Below the pieces are notes generated by a model, which saw only the letters and a program-made list of their open reading frames with translations, searched no databases and had not been told where the DNA came from. A DNA stretch of 64,000 nt, taken from assembly GCF_963506605.1 (NCBI RefSeq), contig NC_083288.1:46500001-46564000 (forward strand), in the 5' to 3' direction. The position numbers and the translations under genes are program-made. The stretch comes from Zootoca vivipara. Lineage: Eukaryota. Below, one piece after another: positions 1-12,021 of the stretch; position 1 is the first letter of the stretch; each line of letters starts with the position of its first letter.

Positions 1-1465
1 GGGGGGATATCCAATACAATAACCCCAAAGGACAAAGACAAGCCAATAGAAAGAAAGAAAAAGGAGAGGGGGAGCGGGGGAAAAATACAGACGCTGAATT
101 CAGCTCAGCATAATAAGCCCACCCACCCCACTTCAAGGAAGAGGCGCCGGTGGAGTTTATATCGGGGACCAGAAGGGAGAAAACAAAGGAAGCCCTTCTA
201 GTTATACAAAAGAGGATAACGTCGGAGAGACATTGAATTTTAAACTCCAACCTCCAAATCTTGAATTAAATGGACAATACCTTTATGTGCAATTAATGAG
301 TAATAACAGAAAAATGTAGTAGCATGCTTCTGAGCTGGGCTGGGCTGATTAACAACCAGGAAGGAAGACGACAGAGTGCATAGTATTGCAAAGCGGGAGG
401 AGAGAGGGGAGGAGAAAGAGAGACTGACGTGAGTGAGTGATAGCGACGCCAAGAGGTGAAAGAACAGACTCACAAGGAAGGCAAACCCCAGCCCAGCGGG
501 CTGCTGCCTTTGCTGGTTCTCGCTCAGTCGGGGCTCGGCAAAAAATAAGACATCCCCGAAAATAAGCCATAGGCTTATTTTCTTGAGTTAAAATTAATAT
601 AAGACATGTCTTAAAATATGAGAAACACGGTAAATGCATCGGCAGCATGTTCCTTCTCCATTCTAAATCCAGTTTAGAGCATCTGAGTGCAGACAATACT
701 GAACTAGATGGACAAATATTCTTATTTGACATAAGACAGCTTCCTATATTTTTTGCTGCTATAAGAGAAATATTAGGAGGTTAATGACCCACTTTCTTCT
801 TGAGTTGAAATGCAATTATTTTGTTAGCGTGAAAAGAAATGGGATCATGAAAGGAATTAGGAAATGCATTGGTTTTACATCAAATTTTAATAGCAAAATT
901 ATGTATAAGATAATGGAAACATAGATTCTGGCTTTAAAACACCTATATATGAAATATATATATTTCACACAAAATTATGGGAATTCATTTTTTAAAAAAT
1001 CGATTGAAACATTGGTTGTTGGCATTTAGTCCATCTTGAAAGACAGTGAAAGACCCCATCCTGCAATAAAGTGTTTAGAATACCCTGAACCAGAGTCAGA
1101 TACACAAACGCACCAGAGTGATGGGTAAGGATTCTGAGGGCTTTTACTGTAGTTGATTGCTATGTCAGGAGAACAGTTGTATCACCTACCCTTTTGGTCT
1201 GAAATCTTCCCATCTGGGCATAAAGCACAGTCATAACAGCAAAACTTCTCCCCCTCCTTCTTTAGTTTCCGATACCCAGATTGGCAGGAGTCACTGCAGA
1301 CCGAAATGGGAATCCCCTATCCATAAATAAGAAAACAGATAGGTACAACGTAGGAAATTTATATTGCACAAAGAAGCAGAGCATTTTCAAATGTTGGTTG
1401 GAAGACAAATATATTCTATTTAATCATTCACTTCAGTTTTGTTTCCTGATTTCATTACAGAGACT

Positions 1466-1635
1466 CAGGGCCGGCCCTAAGGCAAGGCTGGGTGGTGCAA
1501 TGTGCCAGGCCGCCAGGGGGGTGCCGCACTGCTGCGCCTGCCAGACAGCCACGCTGGGAAACGGGGCGGGGGGGGGCACCAGAGGGATCTTCGCACCACG
1601 GCGCCAGGGTGCCAGATATGCTTTAGACGGCCCTG
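1466..1635. mobile_element. hAT-type MITE
   Basis: TIRs cagggccg...cggccctg; exact 8-bp TSD cagagact (1458-1465, 1636-1643). Confidence 0.8.
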
Positions 1636-3399
1636 CAGAGACTGATACATAAGGTTGTACAACAAGTAGTGTTTTAGAACTGATAGTGCAGTCAAGAATA
1701 GGGGGAACTGCAATCTGTACCTGGTTAAAACCTCTTGGCCATATAATCATGGCCTTATGAATGACGAATCCTTTTCCTTCGCTCACACTTCCAACTTTCA
1801 CTCTCTGGAAGGATCTGTTTGGGAAGATGACCATGTTGGTGATATCAAATCCACCTCCCATTTCCCCATTAGCATTAAATGATATTGTTTCTCCAGCTGA
1901 GTTATTGAATGAAATCCCTTGCAGAAATGGTTGCAGCTATTTGAAAGTGGAAAAGAAACAAAGGGCGAGCATGACTCTATGGACATGAAATGCTGGTTAT
2001 TTGTACATTCCTTTCCTTTCTTTTATGCTTTTTTGGCAACAAAGACCCAACCAAATGTGATAAATGGTAGATGAAGGGACCTGCATAGTGATAGAAGAAA
2101 AAATTGATTCCCCATTACAGCCACCCAATTTGAGAGGAAATATGAACCTATTTCGCCAATAATTCCGTGTAGGAAAAGCTTGGATACTCTCTGATGATTT
2201 CTACAAAACTGTTCTGGGCAAAGAATAAAAATGAAGAAGTTTTTAATTGTGAATACATTACCTGCCAAGGCTGGAGATCATGGAGTTTATGTTTTTCCCC
2301 CATCAGCCATTCTTCTGTGGTGGCATCTTGATGAGATGGCCTGCAAGGCATGAGCCACAGCAAAGGCAGCATTGTAAATACTATAGCTATGGCCAGTCAT
2401 GCTCATTTCAAAAACTGGATCAGGCAGGCTGTCTAACCTCTCTTCCCCAGTACATAGTCCACCTTCATAAACCAGCTCTTGGGGATTTGGAAATGAACAG
2501 ACAAATGCTTGCTCCCAGAAATCCTTGAGAAAACCATCTGCCCTGGTGCTGTGGGGCTTTATGGTTTGAAGAAATTCCTGGAAGCCTGGCAGCTCTTTTG
2601 TGTGAATGCTGAAGGAGAAAGCTCCTTGGAAGAATTGTATATCAAAGCCCCTCTGAAGACCTGTTAATATGATATCAATCTGTGATGTCATGATCCACAC
2701 CTTTGCAACTGATGCATTTCCTTTGTAATCAGGATGTGGGAGATAAGTAATAGTCATTAGCAACATGATAGTCAATGAACCTCCATACAGGATCAGTGTG
2801 CTAGGTTTGTCCTCCATCAAAGGTAGATAAACATTTGACAATGTATCGAAAAGTTCATCCATATCACCCATGTGTGCTTGTTTGGGGATTCTTTTTGTAA
2901 AGGCTGAACAGATTCCGTTCTTGGAAAGGAATGGTTCCAGGGTCGACAAGAAATGTTCTCCACCACCATCATCCTCAGCGAAGACCCCGACCCATGTCCA
3001 CCCAAAATGTACAAGTAACTGAATAATTCCCATATATTGATGGTCTTCATTTGGGACCATGCGATAAAAAGAGTTGGAATGTGTTGTTTCAATCTTTCCT
3101 GGTGCAAACGAGCCATATGCGATCTAATAAAAACACATAGTATTATGAGATCTGCTTGGTAGAGTGTCTCCATATATGTGGCTGTTCATGGTAGAAATAT
3201 TTCCTGTGAACTCTGTGAGAGGTAAAGAAAATGACACCTCATCCAGAATTTTTAGCTGATAATATGGCCATGCTTTTTTGAAATGTCTAGAGACGTGTAT
3301 GGTTTACAGAAATGTATTTTAAACAAGGTTATGTCTATCTATTCTCCTTCCTGGGGGGAATGTGAGTGGGGGGGGGGGCAACAGCATACCAGTAATAAA

Positions 3400-3867
3400 G
3401 TAGGGAAATAGACTTTCTAACGGACAGATATCACTCTTATGTGATTGTAACTGTGGATCACCTGAATCGTTGTACCACATATTTTTTAGTTGCGCCCTTC
3501 ATTCATCGTCCAGAAGTAAGTTTCTTGCTCCATATCTAATGGGAATTGCTGATGATTCTAACGAAGCCAAACTGAGATACCTATTGAACGATGAAGAACC
3601 TTCTAGATCACTCACTGTTGCTAGATATCTGATCAGCATCCTATCTCTAAAGAAGAAAAACGGACTTCTGTATGGTCCGGACAACCCTTTTAAACCATGA
3701 ATCAAAATGTGATACTGATCACATCATACTGATGACATTCTGATCAATTTACCCACCAAACGAACAGGGGGTGACGTTTTATGTTGTAAAATTTTACTGT
3801 ATGTTATTTTACTTTTTATCTTATTTTTGTGCAAACCCCTGATGGAAGTCACATGTAGTTCTGGGAA

Positions 3868-3922
<55 letters not shown>

Positions 3923-3972
3923 ATGTGATGGGCCAATGGCTGTAATAAATATCATTCATTCATTCATTCAAT
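3400..3972 (+). mobile_element. 3' fragment of a non-LTR retrotransposon (RTE-X-like)
   Basis: Encodes CDCNCGSPESLYHIFFSCALH...YLLN...VARYL, similar to the C-terminus of the LINE ORF at 34562-36304; ends in aataaa plus a (CATT)n tail; contains (TG)n at 3869-3919. Confidence 0.55.
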
Positions 3973-4154
3973 AAAGTAGGGATTAAAATGTATTACCCTC
4001 CCAACTTTGTTGGACTGATCATGTTCAGATGCCTGATTATTGTCTTCCAAAGCAACAACTCTACTCCAAATTTAAAAATAGAAAGCATAATGCTGGTGGT
4101 CAACAAAAGAGGATTAAAGGCTCTTCCAAGACAAAACTTTTTTTAAAAAAAATG

Positions 4155-4453
4155 TAGTATAAACCCAGATAACTGGAAAACAGTGGCCTGCAAGCGCTCC
4201 AACTGGAGAACAGCCTTTACCAAAGGTATCGAGAATTTTGAAGACGTTCAAACTCAGGACGAAAGAGAGAAACATGCAAAGAGGAAGGCAAATTTGGCAA
4301 ACCCTCACCATGATCAACTCCCACCTGGAAACTAATGTCTTCACTGTGGAAGGATGTGTGGATCCAGAACTGGCTGCCACAGTCACTTACAGACTCAACT
4401 GTGTGCACTGATACAATCTTACTCGGCTATGAATGATTGCCAAAGAAGAAGAC
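4155..4453 (+). mobile_element. RTE-clade LINE 3' end
   Basis: C-terminal CxxC-type motif (cactgtggaaggatgtgtggatcc) and (GAA)n tail; a related copy lies at about 43770-44050. Confidence 0.6.
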
Positions 4454-4504
4454 CCTCCCTAAACCCTACAATCCTATGGCAGATTACAATAAATTAAAAG
4501 AAAC

Positions 4505-4955
4505 TGGTGTGGCTACATAAGGAGTTTACAGATTACCTGAGATTTAAGAAGGGCATGTATAAGAAAGGGAAGAAAGGGGAAATCACAAAGGAGAAGTATA
4601 CAAGCATAGCCAAGAGTTGCAGAGGGAAACTCAGGCTGCCTAAAGCTCAGAATGAGCTCTGGCTTGCATGAGAAGTTAAAATAAATTTTAAGAAGGTTTA
4701 TTTGGCTATGTTGGAAGGAAGAGGGAGCACAAGTTAGTGGTAGGCCTATTGCGGTGAGAAGACAGATAAATGTGATTGGGTGACAACACCTATTTTGCCT
4801 CTGTCTTCACTCAAAAGAAAAGTTGTTCCAAACCTGGTGATAACAGAATAAATTATGTCAGGGAGGATCTGCAGCCCAAGATAGGAAAAGAGGTGATAAG
4901 GAAACACCTAGTTACTTTAAATGTATTGATTTACAAGGAACAAATGTCTTCCCCA
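4505..4955 (+). mobile_element. Degraded CR1 ORF2 internal fragment
   Basis: aaagctcagaatgagctc..., tattttgcctctgtcttcactc motifs typical of the CR1 ORF2 region upstream of RT. Confidence 0.5.
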
Positions 4956-6042
4956 GGTAACTACCAACAGTCAGCTTCACATCAATACCAATAAAGGTCA
5001 TTGAGCAGATTAATATTTTTTTAAGAATGCCATTCAGACCTCTTCCTGCTTCTGAACCATAAAAGCAAAAGCAAACATGGTAAAAGATTAGTTTCTGCAC
5101 ATCCCCATGTCTCCCATTCAGAGATCCTACCTGTGGAATCTTGTAGGGTCTTAAGATATCTGCGATATGGAAGGAAGCATCAGAGCTAAGTCCCCCAATG
5201 ACTGTGATGAGGCTGTTACAGATGCCACACTTGTAGTTTGGGTTAAATCTGTGAGATTTGAAGAGCATGTCCAGGGTGGTACGATAGGTCATCCTAGCAT
5301 CATAGTAGCTGTCATAGATGTGGAACCCAAGTGTTACATTGGGCAAGGTATTGGGATTCTCATTGATCTCATTCACTGCAAACACCAAGGCAAGGACATG
5401 TTGGTGGAACTTCATCACTAAACTGGAAACAGAAGAATTTAGTGTATCACAAGATAATTTCGCCGGACCTGACATCCCACAAAAAGACTCCTTTCTGGCT
5501 GTGACTGGTTCAGATTCCATGGATCTCATTTAATTTGTTACTGATGTCTACAACCTATTAAACAACAAATCATGCATCAAAATACTGAGATCTTGGATCT
5601 GGGCATAGCTGCCAAGTTTTCCCTTTTCTCACGAGGAAGCCTATTCAGCATAATGGAATTTCCCTTTAAAAAAGGGGAGAGCTTGGCAGCTATGGATCTG
5701 GGTGACCAACAGGCCCATGCAGGTGTGGAAAAAAAGTAAAGCAAAATGATGGGGGACATCTGATGGATCAGATGTTATGGATTCCAGTTCCCATCAAACC
5801 TATCCCATAACCACTGGGGCAAAATTGGTTGGATTTGGAATCTGAGGGCCAAATCAAGAAGAGATGTCACATAAGGTTGCCAGAGTCATTTTTTTCTCTA
5901 ACCATTCCAGAAAGCACAAGATCCCAAAAGGTGTTAGAGAAGCACAATTGTATTCCTGGATGGGGACAATCCCAATGTGCCTTTCCTTGAACATCATCAC
6001 CATTGCTATACTGTCCTTCATCTAAGGATCACAGGGTGGTCT

Positions 6043-6045
<3 letters not shown>

Positions 6046-6104
<59 letters not shown>
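6046..6104. repeat. (TA)n microsatellite
   Basis: Perfect TA run. Confidence 0.95.
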
Positions 6105-6108
<4 letters not shown>

Positions 6109-7204
6109 CACTTAAAGAAACTGTTGGTTATGCTGGTGATATGACCAGGACAATGTTCTAGGGAGGAGGGAAAAGAGGAGGAGAGGGAGAAAGGTCCTTA
6201 CTTTGGAAATTCATATAACTCCTGAGAAGGATGTTTTTGGAAGGATACTTCATTAAAATGGTAAATGATATGGGAAGCCATCCCACAAATGAGGAGGTCA
6301 CCTCCTTGATACCATTCATGTTCTACAGGTATAGGAAGGTTAGTGGGGCACTTACTGTTACCTACTCTACATGCAATTGGAAGGAGGAGAAGCACCTTCA
6401 CTAGATCTAGCATCCTGGCAGTTAAGCTTCTCTCTGCCAATACTCAATTTCACAGGGGAAAATCCACCATTGGTTTTTGAATCACCACATCTACAAAAAT
6501 GCATGTCTTAAATACTGGGCGAGATTAGCAGTATTCTACTACCGGTAATTATCTGCCTAGTGATATAATGAAAGGGGATTTGTTAGAGATGAAAGTGACA
6601 GAGCCCTACTCCCGGTTTTTTTTCCACCAAAAGCCTACTAATATCTACTTTCAGGCTTGCCAAGTTATTGTTTTTCCTATTATCTGAAAAGGCTCTGGAG
6701 ATTTTTCTCTCTCTGTGTGTGTGCGTATATATTTATATATGCAGTGGAGCGTGAATAATTGTAGAGGGAAGAATTCCTTCTCAGAGACCTTGAGTAGCAA
6801 TTTTGGAAGCAAACATGTTTTCTTTTGTTTTAAGAAAAAGTTCTGGCTTTTCTGTTCCTAATTTTGGAGTCAGAGTCCAATAACCTCCAAAAGGCCAGAG
6901 GTTAGCCAGCCCTTGTCTAGACAACTTGGAACAACAAAGCCACACTAATTCTCGAAATGAATCACAATGTTCAGCTTCAGTTTGATCTACGGGATCAAAC
7001 CTTTGCTATAAAGTATTAAAATAGCTAGTCATGGAACTGACTAAAGGAGTATTGAGTGTCTCTTTAATCCAGGCATCCCCAAACTGCGGCCCTCCAGATG
7101 TTTTGGCTTACAACTCCCATGATCCCTAGCTAACAGGATCAGTGGTCAGGGACTCAAACCAATGGCTTCAAGTTACAAGAAAGGAGATTCTGACTAAACA
7201 CCTG

Positions 7205-8395
7205 CAAAGCACGTTCTCAAATTAGGGAGAGTGCGGGTTGTGGAAGGGTTAAAATACATCTTCTGGGTTGGGGGTGGTGTCGGATGAGAGGGAGTGTGTG
7301 TGATAGGACCATCCTGGGTTGCTGGGGGGGAAAGCATGTAGCGATTTTTGATTGACAGGGACTGACCCTTAAAGCCTCCGCGTCCAGCAGTTAGTTTCAC
7401 TCTTGCAAAGTGCTTCGGATCTCCCTCCCGCCCACCGCCTTTTTCTAATGGTTTTTAGCCTGACATTGCTTTGCCTTTCATGGGGCCACTTGCTTTGCAA
7501 GGGCCCAGTACGAATTTTGCCATATGGCTGATTGGCTGTTGCCATTGGTTTTTGCCTACTGCTTAGCAAATCGTCACAACTTGTTAGGTTGGTGGTTAAA
7601 GGAAAGGGACCCCTGAGCATTAGGTCCAGTTGTGACCGACTCTGGGGTTGCGCGCTCATCTCGCATTATTGGCCGAGGGAGCCGGCATATAGCTTCCAGG
7701 TCATGTGGCCAGCATGACAAAGCCGCTTCTGGCAAACCAGAGCAGCACATGGAAACGCCGTTTACCTTCCCGCTGTAGCGGTTCCTATTTATCTACTTGC
7801 ATTTTGACGTGCTTTCGAACTGCTAGGTTGGCAGGAGCTGGGACCAAGCAACGGGAGCTCACCCCGTCACAGGGATTCAAACCGCCGACCTTCTGATCAG
7901 CAAGCCCTAGGCTCAGTGGTTTAACCCACAGCGCCACCTGGGTCCCAGGTTGGTGGTTAGGCATTGGTTAATAATTCTGGTTGGTGGAGGGGTTTGGCAT
8001 GGAGGTGCCTACCCCTTCATTAAAATGCTGCTCCACATAGAAGTATTCCATTAAAGGAATCCTGGGGCTCCGGGGCTCTAGTCCTTACACCCCTGCAATG
8101 CGCGGGGCTGGGGCCATTACAGAGCACGAGCCTTGGGGAGCATTTATGATTGAGGGGAGAGTGCCTGGACACATCTACCTCCTCTCCCATGGGGTGTTTA
8201 CTTACAGCTAGAGAAGTTGGAGCTGATCTGTCCCAGGCGGGGGACAGATGGATTAACCAATGCCTAAGCCCACACTCACATTTAATTGTATTTAAATAAA
8301 GCTGTGGCCAAATTAATGCGGAAAACAAACAAACAAAAATTCTGTGTGTGGTGTGAGTTATTTTTTTTGGGGGGGGATGTCTGGCAACCTCGTCA
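7205..8395 (+). mobile_element. Unclassified ~0.8-kb interspersed repeat (copy 1), inserted in an old CR1 3' end and itself interrupted by a Sauria SINE
   Basis: Homologous to 22822-23647, 48290-49090 (reverse) and 15594-15951; CR1 sequence on both sides (7150-7200, 8399-8605). Confidence 0.7.
7599..7946 (-). mobile_element. Sauria SINE
   Basis: Matches Sauria SINE body (gggacccctga..ttaggtccag..ccagagcagcacatggaaacgccg..ttaacccacagcgccacc); 13-bp TSD aggttggtggtta. Confidence 0.85.
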
Positions 8396-8772
8396 CGCAA
8401 GAACTTTCTGACAATAAGAGCTGTTCAAGAGTGGAACAGTCTCTGTTGGGAGGTGGTGGACACTCCTTCCTTGGAGGTTTTTAAGCAGAGATTGGATGAC
8501 CATTTGTCATGGGTGCTTTAGCTGAGTTTCCTGCATTGTAGGGGAATGGACTAGATGAACCTTGGGGTTCCTCTCTTCAAGTCTATGTTTCTTTAATTCT
8601 ATGATTTTATCTGGACTAGAAAATCAAAAGCTTGGATCTGCACATTAATTTTTTTAATGAGTAGGTATGAGAACTCTGGAGTGACTGGGGCAGGGTTCTT
8701 TTGGGGTAAGGACACAAGCGACTGGTCGATTTCTCTATCCCAGCGAGCCAAGAATTCATGTAGCGCTCCAAA

Positions 8773-9056
8773 GAGGAGGAGGAGGAGGAGGAGGAGGAGG
8801 AGGAGGAGGAGGAGGAGGAGGAGTTTGGATTTGATATCCCGCCTTATCACTACCTGAAGGAGTCTCAAAGCGGCTACCAATCTCCTTTCCCTTCCTCCCC
8901 CACAACAAACACTCTGTGAGGTGAGTGGGGCTGAGAGACTTCAGAGAAGTGTGATTAGCCCAAGGTCACCCAGCAGCTGCATGTGCAGGAGTGGAGACAG
9001 GAACTCGGTTCCCCAGATTATGAGTCTAGCACTCCTAACCACTACACCACACTGGT
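8773..9056 (-). mobile_element. tRNA-derived squamate SINE with adjacent (GGA)n tract
   Basis: ccactacaccacactgg end (reverse tRNA-like head), cccaaggtcacccagc core; (GGA)n 8773-8822. Confidence 0.6.
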
Positions 9057-9869
9057 ATTAGACAAGAAGCTTCTCTCTGTGTGTGCCACCAGCTTTACTC
9101 AAGGGGGCAAGAGAGATCTACTGAAAAGCACAAGATATATTTATCCAACCGTACTGTCTTGTGGTTTCGGCTGTGAGGCTGCTTTCTCATCCGCTTTCTT
9201 TACATAGTCATAATTTATTTATATAACACATCTTCCACAGATACAGTTGTGCTCAGATATAGATATATGAGAGAGAGAGAGAAATAAATACAGATTTATA
9301 GGTTTATAGATATATGTCTTGAAATAATGATGCATAATAAATATCCAGCTGAGTTCTACTCACAGGAGCCCCACTGAAACAAGTGGACCTAACTTATGTT
9401 AATTAATTTAATTCGGCCTGCTCTGATTAAAGCTTAGTTTAATACTACTCATGATTAATGTAAGATAACATTAAAAATCCAAGAATTAACAGTTCATTTA
9501 ACAGACATCGAAATTTAAATAAATAAACACAGGTCAAGTGAAACTACCCAAGAGCTTCACTTACAAAATTAACCTGAATGCTGATGATATTGGTATGTGC
9601 AACCACCACCAACCCACAGTTTTATCTTTCGGTTCAAAATCTCAGAATGTCCCAACTTAATTAATTTAATTAATTATTCCAGAAGCTATTTCTAGTTTAT
9701 CTTATGCAGAAGGAGCTGATGGAGCTTCCCACAATAGCTGCTGAACAGTCTCAGTGTGAGCTGAATGTGCATTTCATCATTTAAGCACAACAGTCACCTG
9801 TGTGGAACGTAGGGGCAGAGATGTTATTAGGATCCTTCTACAATTGGCTGCAGTCCTTTTTATAACCAA

Positions 9870-9927
9870 ATGCAAAAATGTTATTGAATATGCAAATGTA
9901 TCAATCCATTACAGATTTGTTTAAATA
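9870..9927 (+). promoter_or_regulatory. IgH V promoter of VH1: octamer ATGCAAAT (9890-9897), near-octamer ATGCAAAA (9870-9877), TATA-like TTTAAATA (9920-9927)
   Basis: Canonical heavy-chain orientation octamer about 65 bp upstream of the leader ATG at 9960. Confidence 0.85.
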
Positions 9928-9959
9928 CCAAGTTTCCTACTTGAAATTTAGAGAACATC

Positions 9960-10359
9960 ATGGAGACGATGTTGCCCTTAGCCACATTTCTCTTTGTCTT
10001 CTCTATCCTTAAACCTGGTCAGTTGTATTATTTGTACTTGATTGTAGCGGGAAAATGCCATCCTGCAGACTCTTTTTAACGTTTATAGCATTCTTTCATT
10101 TTATATTTTCAAGTGCTGAGCTAGGATACCTGAGATGTTTTCCTTCTTTTCTATAGTAGTGAGAAGCATGAACAAGTGCAGTCCCATTTTCAAAATTATC
10201 GGATCGCATCATGAGAAATATTTCGCTTTGTTCAGAAAGAGGATTAAGCATTATTTAAAAGTTAAAAATGCAACAGCTTTATTATGTTTTATTATGTTTT
10301 TATATAAGAGCTGGAAGCCACCCAGTGCGGTGGGACAACCCAGTCTGATGCACAGAGTA

Positions 10360-10404
<45 letters not shown>

Positions 10405-10796
10405 TCATATTTCTTTCTTGTATACTCTTGCAGCATGTTTTAAAATTTAATGTGTTTCCCTCCCATTTCTTTCTGCCAGGATCCCCCTCTGAAATTCGAC
10501 TGGTTGAGTCTGGTGAGGGAATCAGGAAGCCTGGAGAATCCCTCCAGTTGACCTGTACTGTCTCTGGTTACACCATCACTGCTGGCTATACTTGGAACTG
10601 GGTCCGCCAGCCTCCAGGGAAAGGACTGCAATGGATAGGAAGGGGATATTTCAGAAGTTCAAGATGGATCACAGAATATGGTTCAGCCTTCCAGAGCAGG
10701 ATTTCCATCTCTCCTGATTCATCCAAGAATGCATATCATCTCCAGCTGAATTCCCTGACAGCTGCAGACACAGCCATGTATTACTGTGCAAGGGAA
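9960..10796 (+). CDS. IGHV: Immunoglobulin heavy-chain variable gene segment VH1 (germline, clan II, IGHV6-like)
   Basis: Leader exon 9960-10017 (METMLPLATFLFVFSILKP-G, donor GTCAGT), intron, V exon 10480-10796 (GSPS-EIRLVESGEGIRKPGESLQLTCTVSG..WNWVRQPPGKGLQWIG..DTAMYYCARE). Both Cys, the conserved Trp and YYC are intact; no stops. Confidence 0.95.
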
Positions 10797-10836
10797 CACA
10801 GTGACACAGAGCAAGTATGCCATCTGTACAAAAAGG
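10797..10836 (+). promoter_or_regulatory. Recombination signal sequence of VH1 (23-type; 24-bp spacer)
   Basis: Heptamer CACAGTG 10797-10803, spacer 10804-10827, nonamer ACAAAAAGG 10828-10836. Confidence 0.9.
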
Positions 10837-11727
10837 AGAAGTTTCCTTTTTTCTGCTTCTGTTGCAAGTTCTTCCTTCAATGCACACCGCACCTCTGGCT
10901 TCTCAGACTGGAAATTACCAGGGGGGTGAGAGGGTGGAAGGAAGAATTCTGCAGTAGAAAGTTCTAGCTTCTCATCAAAGAGCATGATTTTACCAGGGCA
11001 TTGAAATCACAGTGCTTTTAGGGAGAAATAATGAAGCAATGTATTGTTTTGCTTCATCTGCTCCATGTACATTTTTTTCACACATATCTTTACAATTATT
11101 TATGTATCTATTTATTTCATTAAATTTATACACAGCTTGATTGTAAACAAAACACAACACAACACCTTCAAGGAAGATTACAAAAAGAAACATATCCTTC
11201 AGATATATCCATTTTCAAAAACATTGTTTGGAAAAATGCATGGCAAATTTCAGATAAGTTTGAATTTCAAAGGAGAAATGTATTTTGGACCACATATTAT
11301 TTTGGAAAGTGTGAGTTTGATAGATTTGGCTTTAAATTTGTGCTGCATTGATTTTTTTTTTTACCTACCCCTAGCACAGAAACATTACTATCTTCACCTA
11401 CGTTCTATAAAGATCTTGTGCGGCGAGTTTCATCTCCGTGCATTGTGAACCTCACACAGGTTACAGAAGGAAAATAAAATATGTAATGCAAATATGTAAA
11501 GGAAACTACTGAACATCCAGATTTTGCTGATTTTCAATTCCCATAATCTCTTTGGTTGAGTCAATCTTCACACCCTTTTCTGGAGCATCATATTACTTCT
11601 TCTTCTTCTTCTTCTTCTTTTATTTGATTTTTATTGAAGTTTTTATCTCTACAAAATAACAGAACGAAAGAAAGGTGTACACATATGTACATTTTAGTAG
11701 CACAAAGTATCCCACCACCACCACCGT

Positions 11728-11951
11728 ATTACAATGGCACCTTGGGTTAAGAACTTAATTCGTTCTGCAGGTCCGTTCTTAACCTGAAACTGTTATTAAC
11801 CTGAGGCACCACTTTAGCTAATGGAGCCTCCTGCTGTCGCTGTGCTGCCAGTGTGCAATTTCTGTTCTCATCCTGAAGCAAAGTTCTTAACTATTTCTGG
11901 GTTAGCAGAGTCTGTAACCTGAAGCGCCTGTAACCCGAGGTACCACTGTAC
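11728..11951. mobile_element. Tc1/mariner (Tigger-like) MITE
   Basis: Ends tacaatggcacct...gaggtaccactgta; related copy at about 21120-21356. Confidence 0.65.
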
Positions 11952-12021
11952 TTCTATCAACTCTTCCTAGGGTCTTTGATATGAGCCAGGCTAGTTTTAG
12001 AGAGAATTTAGGAAATCTAAC

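Larger units (their letters stand above)
1190..6413 (-). pseudogene. Vmn2r: V2R vomeronasal receptor gene A, exons 1-5 (7TM exon 6 not in window); +1 frameshift at end of exon 3 (pseudogene or assembly error)
   Basis: Exons with GT-AG boundaries: e1 6413-6202 (MLDLVKVLLLLPIACRVGNSKCPTN..HEWYQGGDLLICG), e2 5422-5131 (292 bp, [36 protein letters not shown]), e3 3123-2262 (862 bp, not a multiple of 3; ORF ends GGKT* at 2287 while DLQPWQ is in another frame), e4 1936-1721 (216 bp), e5 1316-1190 (127 bp, Cys-rich KFCCYDC). Confidence 0.85.

Noticed and set aside
1-630. Purine-rich region with short ORFs at the window start
   Set aside because: Probably TE-derived (Tc1-like end near 545-632) within intron 5 of gene A; I could not classify it reliably.
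8599-8880. Poly-Leu, poly-Arg and poly-Asn ORFs (also 10135-10443, 3724-3936)
   Set aside because: Translations of (GGA)n, (AAT)n and (TG)n microsatellites.
10428-10479. ORF-track N-terminus MQHVLKFNVF.. of the 179-aa Ig ORFs (also 17593)
   Set aside because: It is intron sequence; the real start is the spliced leader exon at 9960 and 17153.
10480-10796. Alternative identity as TCR V, light-chain V or a non-rearranging IgSF exon
   Set aside because: VH-type framework motifs (LVESG, WVRQPPGKGL, YYCAR), heavy-chain octamer orientation and a 23-type RSS. Use as a VH-like TCR segment cannot be formally excluded, but squamates are reported to lack TCR gamma/delta.
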